From NCBI RefSeq assembly GCF_006345805.1, contig NC_043004.1:76880001-76944000 (forward strand): a DNA stretch of 64,000 nucleotides, written 5' to 3'. Source of the DNA: Octopus sinensis (Eukaryota). This document shows, piece after piece, positions 13,028 through 26,720 of this stretch; position 1 is the stretch's first letter; each line of letters starts with the position of its first letter. Both the position numbers and the translations under genes were made by a program. The notes beneath the pieces were generated by a model, which was not told where the DNA came from, did no database searches, and worked only from the letters and a program-made list of their open reading frames with translations.

Positions 13028-13245
13028 TGAGGAAACACTGAAAAGTTCCAGGCTTTAAGGGTGTCGCGAAAGGCCTGGTTGGAGGCCCAACCTTCTGAGT
13101 TCTTTTACAGGGTTTAGAAAAACTGAAGGACCGTTACAGAAAGTGTGTGAATCTGAGAGGGGAATATGTTGAATAGAATCATAATTAACTGATCTTCCTG
13201 TATATTCTTTTACTGAAAGCCAGAAACTTGTCAGCACCCCTCGTA
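13027..13245 (+). mobile_element. mariner-derived MITE
   Basis: Imperfect TIRs TGAGGAAACACTGAAAAGTTCC / GAAACTTGTCAGCACCCCTCGTA; internal remnant GLEKL..R..KCVNLRGEYVE* of a mariner C-terminus. Confidence 0.75.
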
Positions 13246-13412
13246 CATACACACATACATACATACATACATACATACATACATACATACATACATGCAT
13301 ACATACATGCATACATACATACATACATACATACATGCATGCATACATACACGTGTATACATATGTATGCATGCATATATGTATGTATGTATAGACAGAC
13401 AGACAGACAGAC

Positions 13413-13495
<83 letters not shown>

Positions 13496-13500
13496 CAGAC
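13246..13500. repeat. (CATA)n, (GACA)n, (GATA)n microsatellites
   Basis: Direct inspection. Confidence 0.95.
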
Positions 13501-14499
13501 ACACCCACACAGAGGCGTGCAGTGAGTGCCTGGCTAGGCATTAAGATCTTCATGACTGTTGATTCTCATTTGGAAATGTTTCATTTATTCCATAAGAAAA
13601 TACATGAAAGCCACAACCACTCATTTACTTTGCCGGATAAAACTGGGGCTAGACATGTAATTACTAATATACCAGCAATTCATATTTAACAAGTATGAGT
13701 AATGCAGGTGAACAACAGCTGGGCCGAGGGGACCTCCACATAGTCGTTTGACCTACTAGAAATAGCAGCAAATTTTGAAATCACACCCTTTAAAAAACTT
13801 ACAAAAAGGGCGGGAGGATGTGTTGCATAATGCAGTCTGAGATAGTTTGGGTGCAAAAAGGGAGGATATTTAATAGTAGAATGCTTTTGATCATAGGTCT
13901 ACATGCAGAGCTGACCTGGGGCTAAATAACAGACGGAGTTAATAAACATAGGTACCAGTAATATATTGTGTAAACTCGTTCATAAATATATATATATACA
14001 CGTTTTTAAAGATAAATTATAATGTTTAGTGAAAAATAACCAGTCGAGAAAAGTTACAAGTTCCATAAGGAAGAGATTTGGGGAGCCTAATCGGCGAGAC
14101 GTCTTCGATTCCATGTTGAAATCCTTGTCACTTCAAGTAGAGTATTAATGCTCTTTAGAAGCTTATAGGCATCACGATCTCTTATTTCTTTTTCTATTAA
14201 CATACACGATCTTTAATACAAACCATGTTGAATTTATGGAGAAGGTGAGCGCTGCAGACCAGAGGGTGAGCGCTGCTCCCGGATTTGGTTCTGAGTTGTA
14301 GCCCTTCCATTACCTCACCTCATGTCTGACACAATCGTTACACCATCTCGTTCCTTCGAGTCTCTCCCTTTTTCTCTCCTTTAGAAAATTCGGAGAGTCT
14401 CTATTTACATACGAAATCAATGACAAATACATATTTATAGCCAAGCTATATTATTTCTTGAAATGCATCGCTAAACAATAGTCATCACCTGAAATAGAA

Positions 14500-15125
14500 C
14501 ACAGACAGACGATTCGAAGGGGGAAGATTAACTCACCTAAAGATCGCACATATATGCACATGTATATATATATATATATATGCTTTATCGTTGTAATGAT
14601 AATAATAAAAAGCCAGGCACGAACATGGAGGTCAGGTGATGTTGATCATTCGCCAACTCTGATATATTTCCACAAACTGTCGACGTGTGACTGACTGAGG
14701 CAGACGACACCTGTTCCAGCGATATCATTCAAAACGAGGCTCAGTAATTGCAAGCACTGGACACTTCCGTTCAATTTCCGGGTGTGAAACCGGGTGCTAT
14801 CGATTTTTTTCTTCGCTTTTTAAAAATTTTGTTTTGTTTTCTTTTGTGATTTTCCCCACCAAGTTCTAGAAAGAAAATCTTTGTTCTTTATTCTCTAGAG
14901 GTCTTTCTGTAGAGGTACGGATACATTAGCTGTACTGACGATGTTTGATGCTAACTAGCATTGTTTAATTATTTGACTATGCAAATAACTAAACAATGTT
15001 TCGGTATTAGTACATGACGTCACTCATGAGTACGTGTGTGCGTGCGAGTGTTTGATCAGCTCTGTCGAGCAGATGAAAGACAATGTCACACACTCACTCA
15101 TGACGTCATAGACTTTTACCGAAAG
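14500..15125. promoter_or_regulatory. Candidate promoter block, possibly bidirectional
   Basis: Repeat-poor and CpG-rich; ETS-like ACTTCCG at 14763 and ATTTCCGG at 14774; two full CRE palindromes TGACGTCA at 15015 and 15101; minus-strand donor TAG|GTGAGT at 14537. Confidence 0.4.
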
Positions 15126-16261
15126 AATGACAAAAAAAAAAAAAAAGACGGAAAATGAGGATAGCATTAGAAATCAGATAGGATTGTTATAAAAAGAAAT
15201 AAATCAAACCAGTTCCTTACTTATGTGTTAAACACTGATACCCAAAAAGACTTCTGATAAATTATATTTGGAGTGTGAAGGTTTTGTTAATTTATTTGTT
15301 TTTACATTAAAACAGTTGATGTAATAACCTGAAGAACGTTTACTTTGCTTTGCTATGGGTTATGAGAAAGTTTGTTACATTTGATCTGAGGGATGAAGAT
15401 GGTTCTTATGGGCTCTGTCTCCATATCATTATACCCTGTTCTTTTCATTCTTTATTCTATTTCTAGATTGATCTGTATTGCTCTTCTCAGAGAAACTGGG
15501 TCTATTCTCTCCAAAAGTCCAGTTACATAGATTAGTTCAGGGTTATAGTAATTATATGAGCCATCAAAATGTAAATTTAAACATCAAGCTGTGGAAAATA
15601 AGCTGAGGCAGACACTGGGGCATAATGCAGCCCTTGGGTGTATCAGATCCTGTCAAACTGTCCAACCCATGCCAGCATCGAACACGGACATTAAATGATG
15701 ATGATGATGAGGAGGAGGAGGACGACTACAACGACGGCGATGATCTCTAATGCCTATTAACCACTCTAAAATTCTTTCCATCATTGTGAAATTCATTTAG
15801 AACGAATATGAAGATTTTGAAGCAAGTTTCGCTCTGTAAACTTAATGGTAACCATGGTTATAAGACAAAGTATTTGACACTGCTCCCTGTTCCTTGCAAA
15901 GAGTATTTGATTTTCTTGTAAAAATTCTTCTGCACATGTTTAGAATCAATATATTCTCTCAAGGACAGCTGTGTTCTATTCAATATCACTCTAACCTGAG
16001 TACCATGCATTGTTTGGTAAAGAAATTTATAGAAAATTATATTTTACCACATTGCCTTCATCACATCCGATAAACCCGTGTGACCTGTGTAATCAAGTGC
16101 ATGCAAACAAGATGTTCAGAACTTGGTAAGCATAAACACAGAAGCATCAAGAATACAAAGAATCCTCTGAACTGTGCAAGGCAGTTACTTACTTATCTTC
16201 TTTACCATTTTATGATACAACTTCAGTGTGACTTAATCTTTGTTTTTCAAGGTGTATTATT

Positions 16262-16710
16262 CTTCATCGTCATTTAACGTCCACTTTCCATGCTGGCATG
16301 GGTTGGACGGTTTGACTGAGAGGTGGCAAGCCAGAAGGCTGCACCAGCTCCAGTGCAATCTGGCAATGTTTCTACAGCTGGATGCCCTTCCTAATGCCAA
16401 CCACTCCAAGAGTGTAGTGGGGTGCTTTTTATGTGCTGCCAGCACAAGGGCCAGTCAGGCAGTACTGACATTGGTCATGCTTGAATGGTGCTTTTTATGT
16501 GCCAGCAGCATGGGACCAGTCAGCCACCACTGGCATCAACCATGCTCAAATGGTGCTTTTTACATGCCACTAGCACAGGACCAGTCAGCAGGCACTGGCA
16601 TAGACCACACTTGAAAGGTGCTTTTTACGTGCCACCGGCCCGGGACCAGTCAAGCGGCACTGGCAGCAACCATGCTCGAATGGTGCGTTTTACATGCCAA
16701 TCAGGCAGTA
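16262..16710 (-). mobile_element. RTE LINE 3' UTR with internal repeats
   Basis: Tail plus about four GGTGCTTTTT(A/T)CGTGCC units. Confidence 0.8.
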
Positions 16711-18902
16711 CTGTTATAGGTCACACATATGGAGTTGAAAACAAATGGCAACCAGATTACTGTATGACACTGCAAGAACAATGAAATTGTAAAAAGAAAA
16801 TTTGCCATCTTTGGTGATTGAACAGCTCTCATTTAGCATACCCAGAATGTGTGATGCCACTACAATAACCTCAACTGCAATGACATTTCCCCTGAAGCTT
16901 TTAACTATGAAATCTTCTGTGAACATTGTCAAAGTTTACATCTCCAGCATGGGCAATAGATTCACCATCACTACAAACCTACAAACTTTCACACTGACAA
17001 AATTGTAGTAAAATTTGTTGGTCTCTTATGAAGGGGATCTCCACTAATATTTCAGAATCTCACTCGCTTCTATCCTTACCAAAACTCTTCAATATTTCTC
17101 TCAAAACTATCCATCCTGGTCTATTGAAACATGCCATGGTGTGTCCCATTCATTTTTGAGTCACTTGTACCTGACAAATGGCTTCTTGTTCTCAATTCCA
17201 ATATTCGAAAGGTAATGCATTTCACCCAGCCATATATGGCAGAAATATTCTACCTCTTTTGTGTTCAAACTGACTGTATCCAGCTTCTCACACCTACCCT
17301 ACAATGTCTGTCTAAAAATAAACAATCACATCATTGAAATCTCAAGGCTACAATGTGAATAAATAAGCATCACATTTGATAGAGTAACCTGAATGCTGGT
17401 CATAATTGCCATTTGGTAATTATGATACATCTTCTAGAGGCAGAGATTATCATCATCATCATTTAATATCTGTTTTCCATGCTGGCATGGATTGGACAGC
17501 TTGACAGGAGCTGGCAAGGCCAGGACCCAAAACAGGTTCCATAGCCTGTTTTGACAAGGCTTCTACAGCTGGATGCTCTTCATATTGCCAAACACTCTAC
17601 AGAATGTACTGGGTACCTTTTTTGTAGCACCTTAACCACAGTTTTTTACCTGGTACCAGCACCAAATATATCAGGAATTTATGTTATATGGTATTTGATA
17701 TATCTATATTCATTTATGTAGTACAACACAGCAATCTGATAAGGAAGTTCTAATTGAAGAAATAAAATATAGTTTAGGTTCAGAGTTATGCAACTTAGTT
17801 AAGGGGTTCTGATGTTGGACATGGTTATTGCAGGGGCATCTCCAACGGAAGTTCAATTCAGATTGAAGTAGCAAAATGGTTTCAATTCTAATGGATTTGA
17901 AATTTGAAACTTCTGAGGGGAAAACTTAGCCATGAGGGCTGTACCTTGGGAAAGTTTGTGAAAGGTCTTTTGTCTTTTACATGTTTATGTCATTGGGCTG
18001 TGACCATGCTGGGGCACTGCCTTGAAGGGTTTAAGTCAAGCAAATCAACCCCAGCATTTACTTTTTAAGGCTTGTACTTATTCTATTGGCAACTGGGAAT
18101 ATAAACAAACCAACACCAATTGTCAAGTGATGTGGGGACACAAACACTAAGACACGAACACACACACACAAGCACAAAAACACAAATATGCACACACCTA
18201 CACCCACCCACACACATATATGATGGGCTTCCACACAGTTTCTGTCTACTAAATTCACTTACATTGGTCAGCCTGGGACTATAGGTGAAAACACTTTCGC
18301 ATGGTGCTGCACTGTGGGATTGTCTCCAGTAGTCAAAAGACTTAGACTTACATATAAAGGAATAGAACATATTTATGGCCTAGAAAATTTGCATAATTTA
18401 AACAAAAACAAGCTAAGAGAAATAACTCAAAGTGGCCAGTGACATGCATTTGAATAACACAGGCAAATAAAGGTATGTCAAATACCATACAACATAAATT
18501 ACTGATATATTAAAATTATTTTCACCTTTAGAGGATGTATCATAACACAACCAAATTGGCAATTAAGGACAGCTCCACTCAAGAAGGGGAGATAATCTTA
18601 AGATTAAATCTGTTTTTTCAATATGACCATATCATTAAGGAAAAGGACAAGCTTATTGTCTGTAAATAAGAGAACAATCATGGAGATGTGTTTCTGGCAC
18701 AACAGTGGTCATCAGCATGATGGCTGTCAAGCCATCAGTTCTGGTCTACTCCACATTTTAGTCAAATTTCTTACTTTTTCCTTTCAGTTCTCTGATGGGT
18801 GATTTTTCTAGCTGTTTTAATCACAGTCACAATTTACATTCCTCCCTCACATTCCAAAGACAGGCATTGTCTATATGCAATCTTGAAGCTTCACGTAATC
18901 TG

Positions 18903-19224
18903 AGACCCCCTTCGGTCATGACTGACTGTGGGATTGCACCTAGAAAGTTACCCTCCCAGGCAAGGTTGTTTATGGAACATTAGCAGTCGCCCATGCATAC
19001 CAGCCTCCCCTCTTCATGCCACTAGTGTTATCCAAGGGAAAGGCAATGGCTATACAGTTTGGCACCTGTGATGTTGCAATTCATTTCTACAGCTGAGTGA
19101 ACTGGAGCAACGTGAAATAAAGTGTCTTGCTCAAGAACACAACACGCAGCTCAGTCTGGGATTCGAACTTACAACCTCACAATTGTAAGCTCGACTCTCC
19201 AACCACTGAGCCATGCGCCTTCAC
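18903..19224 (-). mobile_element. tRNA-derived SINE, family I
   Basis: Head GAAGGCGCATGGCTCAGTGGTT...AGTTCGAATCCC, central GTGTTCTTGAGCAAGACACTTTATTTCACG, tail shared with 48033-48222. Confidence 0.75.
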
Positions 19225-19837
19225 ATAATCAGTATACATATTAAGAACATTATTTTCTCTACCCCTTTCCTTCAAATTTTAGATTTCATATTTGATTGTC
19301 CTTCTAGGTAGTCCCATGTATAACATTGCCAAAATGACACCCCAAAGACGAGGTTCCTTTATGGTTTTATTGGTGTATTCTCTTAGGGGAGTAGAATGTT
19401 GTACTAAGAGACATAAGACTTGTCAGTCAATCTTATGGTCCTGGCAGACAAAATGGGAAGTGATAGGGAGAGAGATGGTGGCAAGAAAGAATATATCAGG
19501 ATATGCTGTAGAGAGTTGATAAGGATGGGGCTAATTAGTGAGGTGATACAGAGGTTTGGACTGGGTAAGAAGGCAGAACAGTGGTGACTGTAACAAATGA
19601 TGGAGAAAAACAGGGAGAGTCTCAGGGGTTGCTGGGGGGGGGGTGGAGTGGATATTTGAGGGCATTGCAGGTGATAGCAAGTAAGCAAGATGTTAATGAT
19701 GGAGAACAGCACAGAAAGGAGGTGATTGGTGGAGGTCAGTAGGAAAGGCAAAGATAACGGTGAATGAAACTGGTTCAGGGTGGGGATATATTGTGTGTGT
19801 GTGTATGTATTTATATATTATATATATATATATATAT

Positions 19838-20041
19838 TCTTTTATTCTGTTATTTGTTTCAGTCATTTGTCTGCAGCCATGCTGGAGCATTGCCGTTAGT
19901 CAAGCAAATCAATCCCAGGACTTATTCTTTGTAAGCCTAGTATATATCCTATCAGTCCCTTTTTGCTGAACTACTAAGTTACGGGGACGTAAACACACCA
20001 GCATCGGCTATCAAGCGATGGTGGGGTGACAGAGACACAAA

Positions 20042-20105
<64 letters not shown>

Positions 20106-20261
20106 CGATGGACTTCTTTCAGTTTCCATCTACCAAATCCACTTACAAGGCTTTGTCAGCCCAAGGCTACAGTAAAAGACACTTGCCCAAGATACCATGC
20201 AATGGGACTGAACCTGGAACCATGTGGTTCGTAAGCAAGCTACTTACCACACAGCCACTCC
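19838..20261 (-). mobile_element. SINE family A
   Basis: Full-length reverse-complement match to 62990-63391. Confidence 0.88.
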
Positions 20262-20389
20262 ACATACATATACACACATAGACATATATATACACATGCA
20301 TACAAATGGGCATGTGTGCATATGTGTATATATTTGATATATACCTTTTTCTATATATATGTGTGCGTGTGTGTGTGTGTGTGTGATCA

Positions 20390-21223
20390 CCCCAATCAAT
20401 CAATCCTTACCTTTATATTGCCCTTCCCTTCCACCCACCATCCCTATACCATTTTCTCTCTTGCTACCAAGAACATACCCATTTGTTAGCCATTTTTTAT
20501 CTATAGATATTGTTCTTCACACCCACATGTTACAGTTGCTTTTCCCCTCCCCAAATTGCCTCTTCTCATGCATTACCCCTGTTTTATCCCTCTCACTACT
20601 CCGCTCCTATGGCCTACCCAAACACATTCTCTCTCTCTCACTCTTTCTCTCCATCTCCTAAACCCCATCAAAGGCATCATTACTACCGCACTGCTTGTAT
20701 CCCTGTAGCTTCCCCAACTCGTGCAGCCCATCCCTCATTTCACATTCCTACTTCCCCTATTTCCTTCTCCTACACTCTTGCAAACCCCACTCCCCCCAGT
20801 CACTATTGCTCTTGCTTTCTGAGGGGACATCTGAACCCCTCATCACCATTGTCTATCTCCATGGAGATACCTTTAATTCAATTTCCTACATGTGAGTATC
20901 CCTGTAGTTCTCCTACTACAACAAGATCCTACACAACCCCAACCTCTTTCCTCATACCTTAACACCATCTAACCATACAGAGGCAACTCCCTCCCCCCAC
21001 CTGGGTTTGTTGATTTAAGTGCTACATGGTGATCCTAGTAGTGTTGGTGTCATGGAAAAAAGCACCCAGTACATTCTGCAAAGGGGTTGGCATTAGGAAT
21101 GGCATCCATCCAAGCCACAGAAACCTTGCCAGAACAGACACTGGAGTATGATGTAGTCCTTGACTTATTGGATCCTTGTTGAACTGTCCAACTCATGCCA
21201 GCATGGGACATGGATATTAAATG
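20390..21223 (+). mobile_element. Old RTE-related 3' UTR, pyrimidine-rich
   Basis: Ends AAAAGCACCC...GGCATTAGGAATGGCATCC...GGATATTAAATGA like the other RTE tails; 5' extent uncertain. Confidence 0.5.
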
Positions 21224-21926
21224 AGAAAGACGATTGTGCTGGTATGGTCATGTGGCGAGAATGGATGAAGATAGGTGTGTGAGAAAGTGCCAATCCCTAG
21301 CAGACCCAGGAAAACCTGGGACGAGGTGGTGAAGCACGACCTTCGAACTTTAGGCCTCACTGAGGAAATGACCAGCGACCGAGACCTTTGGAAATATGCT
21401 GTACGTGAGAAGACCAGGCAGGACAAGTGAGCCCAGCCCACTTATGCATGCCTTTCCTCCCTTGGACACAAAGACCTGTTGAGGCAAGCGAAGTCGATAT
21501 AGAACCTCATCCGAAGTCAGGCACCCATGCCAACCCCCTTTGCTTGTGAAGACATGTTGGGGCAAGCGAAATCGAAATCGAAATCGAATTGAACCAGCCA
21601 AGACCCCTAGACTGGTGGTACATAAAAAGCACTATCCGACTCGTGGCCGATGCCAGTGCCGCCTCGACTGGCTTCTGTGCCGGTGGCACGTAAAATGCAC
21701 CAATCCGACCGTGGCCGTTGCCAGCCTCGCCTGGCACCTGTGCAGGTGGCACGTAAAAAGCACCCACTACACTCACGGAGTGGTTGGCGTTAGGAAGGGC
21801 ATCCAGCTGTAGAAACATTGCCAGATAAGACTGGAGCCTGGTGCAGCCTTCTGGCTTCCCAGATCCCCAGTTGAACCGTCCAACCCACGCTAGCATGGAG
21901 AACGGACGTTAAACAATGATGATGAT
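21224..21926 (+). mobile_element. RTE LINE, 5'-truncated
   Basis: High identity to 30630-31385; (GAT)n tail. Confidence 0.9.
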
Positions 21927-21943
21927 ATATATATATATATACA

Positions 21944-22015
<72 letters not shown>

Positions 22016-22081
22016 ATATATATTATATATATATACATATATGTATATATATATATATATATATAATATATATATATATTA

Positions 22082-22112
<31 letters not shown>

Positions 22113-22127
22113 TATATATATATTGCC

Positions 22128-22322
22128 ATGATAGATCATTACTACACACATTTTTTTTCTCTCCTTGTTTCTCTCCTTGCTTTTTCTGTCCCTTTCTGTA
22201 GAAGAGCATAGGTTCGAAACGTAAAAGACGTTTTCTATTCCTGAGTGTTATACTAATACATCTGTTTGTTTTGTATACCATCTGTCTTCATCTTTTGTTT
22301 TTTTTCGTAAACTTTCCCTATA
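22128..22322 (+). mobile_element. Penelope-LTR-like repeat, family F, with hammerhead variant
   Basis: CTTT-CTGTAGA-A-GAGC-ATAG-GTTC-GAAAC-GTA-AAAG at 22192-22227; a second copy is inverted at 47170-47352. Confidence 0.6.
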
Positions 22323-22343
22323 TACATATATATATATATATAT

Positions 22344-22383
<40 letters not shown>

Positions 22384-22407
22384 ATATATATATATATATA
22401 TAATATA

Positions 22408-22800
22408 GGCGCAGGAGTGGCTGTGTGGTAAGTAGCTTGCTAACCTACCACATGGTTCCGGGTTCGGTCCCACTGTGTGGCATCTTGGGCAAGTGTCTAC
22501 TATAGCCCCGGGCCAACCAATGCCTTGTGAGTGGATTTGGTAGATGGAAACTGAAAGAAGCCTGTCGTATATATGTATATATATATGTGTATGTGTGTGT
22601 GTTTGTGTGTTTGTCCCCCTAGCATTGCTTGACAACCGATGCTGGTGTGTTTACGTCCCCATCACTTAGCGGTTCGGCAAAAAGAGACCGATAGAATAAG
22701 TACTGGGCTTACAAAGAATAAGTCCCGGGGTCGATTTGCTCGACTAAAGGCGGTGCTCCAGCATGGCCGCAGTCAAATGACTGAAACAAGTAAAAGAGTA
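22408..22800 (+). mobile_element. SINE family A
   Basis: GGCGCAGGAGTGGCTGTGTGG head through GTAAAAGAG tail. Confidence 0.9.
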
Positions 22801-22839
22801 TATATATACATATGTATATGTGTGTTTGGTGTGTGTGTG

Positions 22840-23135
22840 GAGGCGCATTGGCCCAGTGGTTAGGGCAGCGGACTCGCGGTCGTAGGATCGCGGTTTCGAT
22901 TCCCAGACCGGGCGTTGTGAGTGTTTATTGAGCGAAAACACCTAAAAGCTCCATGAGGCTGTGGCAGGGGGTGGGGATCCCTGCTGTACTCTTTCAGCAC
23001 TCTTTCTCCCACTCTTTCTTCTGTTGGCCTGCTCGCTTAGCCAGCGGGGTGGCATCATTCGAAGGCTAAAACAATGCGAATGCGTTGTGACCAGCGATGT
23101 GTAACAACGTCTGATGGTCTGGTTGGTCACGTGAT

Positions 23136-23142
<7 letters not shown>
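22840..23142 (+). mobile_element. SINE family D head with tail type 3
   Basis: Same tRNA-Arg-like head as 8853-9203; different tail ending GTCACGTGATCACGTGA. Confidence 0.8.
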
Positions 23143-23167
<25 letters not shown>

Positions 23168-23334
23168 CATCATATATAGGTGCAGGTGTGGCTGTGTGGT
23201 AAGTAGCGTGTTTCCCAACTACATGGTTATGGGTTCAGTCCCACTGCATGGCACCTTGGGCCAGTGTCTTCTATTATAGTCTCAGGTCAACTAAAGCCTT
23301 CTGAGTGTAATTGGTAGACAGAAACAGGCAGCAA

Positions 23335-23560
23335 CCAAGCAGAAATGTTAGCACACCAGGCGAAATGCTTAGTGGTATTTCATCTGCCGTTATGTTCTGA
23401 GTTCAAATTCCGCCGAGGTCGACTTTGCCTTTCATCCTTTTGGGGTCAATTAAATAAGTACCCATTATGCACTGGGGTCGATATAATCGACTTAATTTGT
23501 TTGTCTGTCCTTGTTTGTCCCCTCTGTGTGCAGCCGTTTGTGGGCAGTAAAGAAATAAGA
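23335..23560 (+). mobile_element. SINE family B
   Basis: TTCTGAGTTCAAATTCCGCCGAGGTCGACTTTGCC...GTAAAGAAATA matches 61747-61978. Confidence 0.85.
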
Positions 23561-23599
23561 AACTGAAAGAAGCCTATTGTATGCTTACACATATTAGAC

Positions 23600-26038
23600 T
23601 GTTCTAAGTAAAATTAATCAGGAATGGTGGCATGACAGAGTAAAAAGGGTGCAAGAAGCAGCTGATAGAAACGATGCCAAGGATTTGTACTCATATATTA
23701 AGGAGGTATATGGCCCAAAATTTTCTACAATAGCTGCAGTGATAACAACAAGAGGATATTTGCTTTTGACTGACACCATAAGTGTTGGGTAGAACATTTT
23801 TCTGCACTTGTGAATAGACCAACATCCGTTGACATGACAATGATAGAAAAAAATCGAACACATTCCAGTAATAGAAGAGATGGCATTTGAACCAACACTA
23901 AATGACATTTATTTAATCGTGAATAAGCTGAATAACATTAAGTCTCCAGGGTTTGGTGGAATCTAGGCAGAGGTCTTGAAATATGGGGGTGACAAAATGT
24001 TTGATCCGGGCAAAGGATCTGTGTGGTAATTTTTGTAGGATTTCGCTTTTGTCTATAGTTAGAAAGGTACTTGCCCGCATTCTGTTAGAATATTTAGATA
24101 CCTTCATAGTTCCAAATATAGTGTCTGCATCTTAATGTGGTTTTCACTCCTCCAGGGGCACAGCTGATTGTATCTTTACTATCAGACAATTGCAGGAAAA
24201 GTGCATTGAATGGAATCTTATTGTATACCATTGCTTTGTTGATTTAAGCAAGGCATTCAACACAGTTAATCAAAATGCTCTGTGGCTAATTTTCAGGGAG
24301 ATAGGTTGCCCAGAAAAATTTGTAAACATGATCAGGGCTTAGCATTAAGATATGAAGGCTAGAGTTTTGGTGGTAGGCTCTCTGAATCTTTTGCAGTGGA
24401 AAATGGAGTAAAGCAAAGATACCTTGATGCACCCGGCCTCTTTGCTATATACTTCTCTGCTGTGCTGTCACACGCTTTTCAAAACTCTGAGGAGGGTATT
24501 TACATAAAATATCGAACAACAGGGAATGTTTTTAATTTGACCAGAAGGAAATTTGAAACAAAGGTTTTATTACATTCATTAGGGAACTCTTATACACTGA
24601 CGATTGAAATCTAGTCAGTCATTGTGAAATGGGCCTGCAGTCTCTTGTATTTGCATTTGACTCAGCTTGTGATGATTTTGGCTTGACCATCAACTTGAAA
24701 AAAACAGTTGTAATGTATCAACCTGCATGTGGTACTGTTTGCAATTCACCCAAAATTTTCATTAAGGGTAAGTTACTTAAGATTGTTGATTCTTTCATCA
24801 ACCTCAGAAGCTCTATACAAAGTGACGGAGATCTAGACACAGAAATACATCTGCAAATTCAAAGGGCAGCACAAGCATTTGATGGCTTGGAGTCACACAT
24901 TTGGCACCAATCACATATAAATAACAACACAAAATTGGCTCTTTACAAATCATTTGACTTATTGTCCCTGTTGTATTCTCCTGAAACATGGATGCATTAT
25001 GATAGACATTTCAAATTGTTAGAATGATTCCATCAAAAATGCCTTCACCACATTTTAAACATCAGATGGAGCTTTTTCACTCTAGACATTGATATCTTTT
25101 TGTCTGTAAGCATCACTTCAATTAAATCAATGATTCTGAAAAATTAAGTGAGATGGTCTGGCCATATTGTTTGAATGGCAGATGGATGCATGCCCAAACA
25201 CCTGGTTTAATGGTGAGCTTGCAGAGAGGAAATGCAATCGGTGTAAACCTTAAAAGAGGTTTAAAGATGGCATAAGGACTATTATGAAGTCACTTGGAAT
25301 GAATCCAAAGGCTATGGAAACTCTTGCTTCAGGTCGAGCTGGATGGCGAACAAAAATGTGGAGTGGAGTGAGAGCTTTTGAGGAGGCTAGGATGACACAT
25401 GCCAGTCTCAAGAGAGATTTAACCCTTTCATTACCAACCCGGCTGAAACCGGCTCTGGCCCTGAGTATACATTACTTGTTTTCATAAGTTTTAAATTAAA
25501 GTCTTCCACCAAACCTTAGTCACAATTTATGTTCCTAACACTAGCTGAATGATAACTAAGTTATTTTACTAAATTCTTTGTTATATTTAAAGTAATTGAA
25601 GGAAACACAGAGCATCTCAGAATAAATAGAGTAATGAAAGGGTTAAAGAAGAATGTTGCAATTGAGAGGGTGAATCATAATGACCTTTTTTTTGTGCACA
25701 GCTTTTGACAGACCAAGCCTCTCTTTTGTTGAGCTTAAATCTCATTTGTGGACCTGTGAAAAACGAACCTCCACCAACTACACTATTTGTGTACACCTTT
25801 CACTGTTGTGTATGGCACAAGGTCTGCAAATCTAACGAAGGCATCAGAAGACATTTTATGAGCCACAAAGGTCAGAACTTAACTGCTGCTCTTGGTGGTC
25901 CAAATTGGATCTGCAATCTATGTGGGTGTCTTTTCAATACATTGCCTGGTGTAAAAAGATGCATCAGACATCATGATGGATCTAAGGTGTAAGTACAAGA
26001 GGTGGTCAGACTCTGCATAAGGAGTAGACAACCACCAT
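23600..26038 (+). pseudogene. Decayed RTE-BovB-like LINE (RT plus C-terminal zinc-finger-like motifs)
   Basis: Broken frames WWHDRV..QEAADRND..Y..IKEVYGP; TIRQLQEKC..FVDLSKAFNTV; NGVKQ; LLYTDD; GLTINLKKT; LLYSPETW; many stops and frameshifts. Confidence 0.85.
25423..25642. mobile_element. piggyBac-type MITE inserted in the BovB-like RTE
   Basis: TIRs CCCTTTCATTAC / GTAATGAAAGGG; TTAA duplicated at 25419-25422 and 25643-25646. Confidence 0.92.
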
Positions 26039-26042
26039 ATCT

Positions 26043-26452
26043 CTTTTACTCTTTTACTTGTTTCAGTCATTTGACTGTGGCCATGCTGGAGCACTGCCTT
26101 TAGTCGAGCAAATCGACTCCAGGACTTATTCTTTGTAGGCCTAGTACTTATTCTATCAGTCTCTTTTGCCGAACCGCTAAGTTACGGAGACGTAAACACA
26201 CTAGCATCGGTTGTCAAGCAATGTTGGGGGGGACAAACACAGACACACAAACATATACACATGCACACGCATATACATATATATACATATATACAATGGG
26301 CTTCTTTCAGTTTCCATCTACCAAATCCACTCACAAGGCTTTGGTCGGCCCGAGGCTATAGTAGAAGACACCTGCCCAAGGTACCACACCGTGGGACTGA
26401 ACCTGGAACCATGTGGTTAGTAAACAAGCTACCACACAGCCACTCCTATGCC
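26043..26452 (-). mobile_element. SINE family A
   Basis: Full-length reverse-complement match. Confidence 0.88.
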
Positions 26453-26501
<49 letters not shown>

Positions 26502-26677
26502 TTATTCTATCAGTTTCTTTTATCGAACCACTAAGTTACAGGGAGATAAACACACCAATACCAGTTGTCAAGTGGTTGGGGTGGGGGACAAAGACACACA
26601 CAGTACAGCACAGATATATATATACATATATGTATGTGTGTGTGTGTGTGTGCGTGTATATATATATATATCCATAT

Positions 26678-26720
<43 letters not shown>

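Noticed and set aside
16001-16125. Possible plus-strand exon ending at TTG|GTAAGC
   Set aside because: One open frame but no convincing acceptor and an in-frame stop just upstream.
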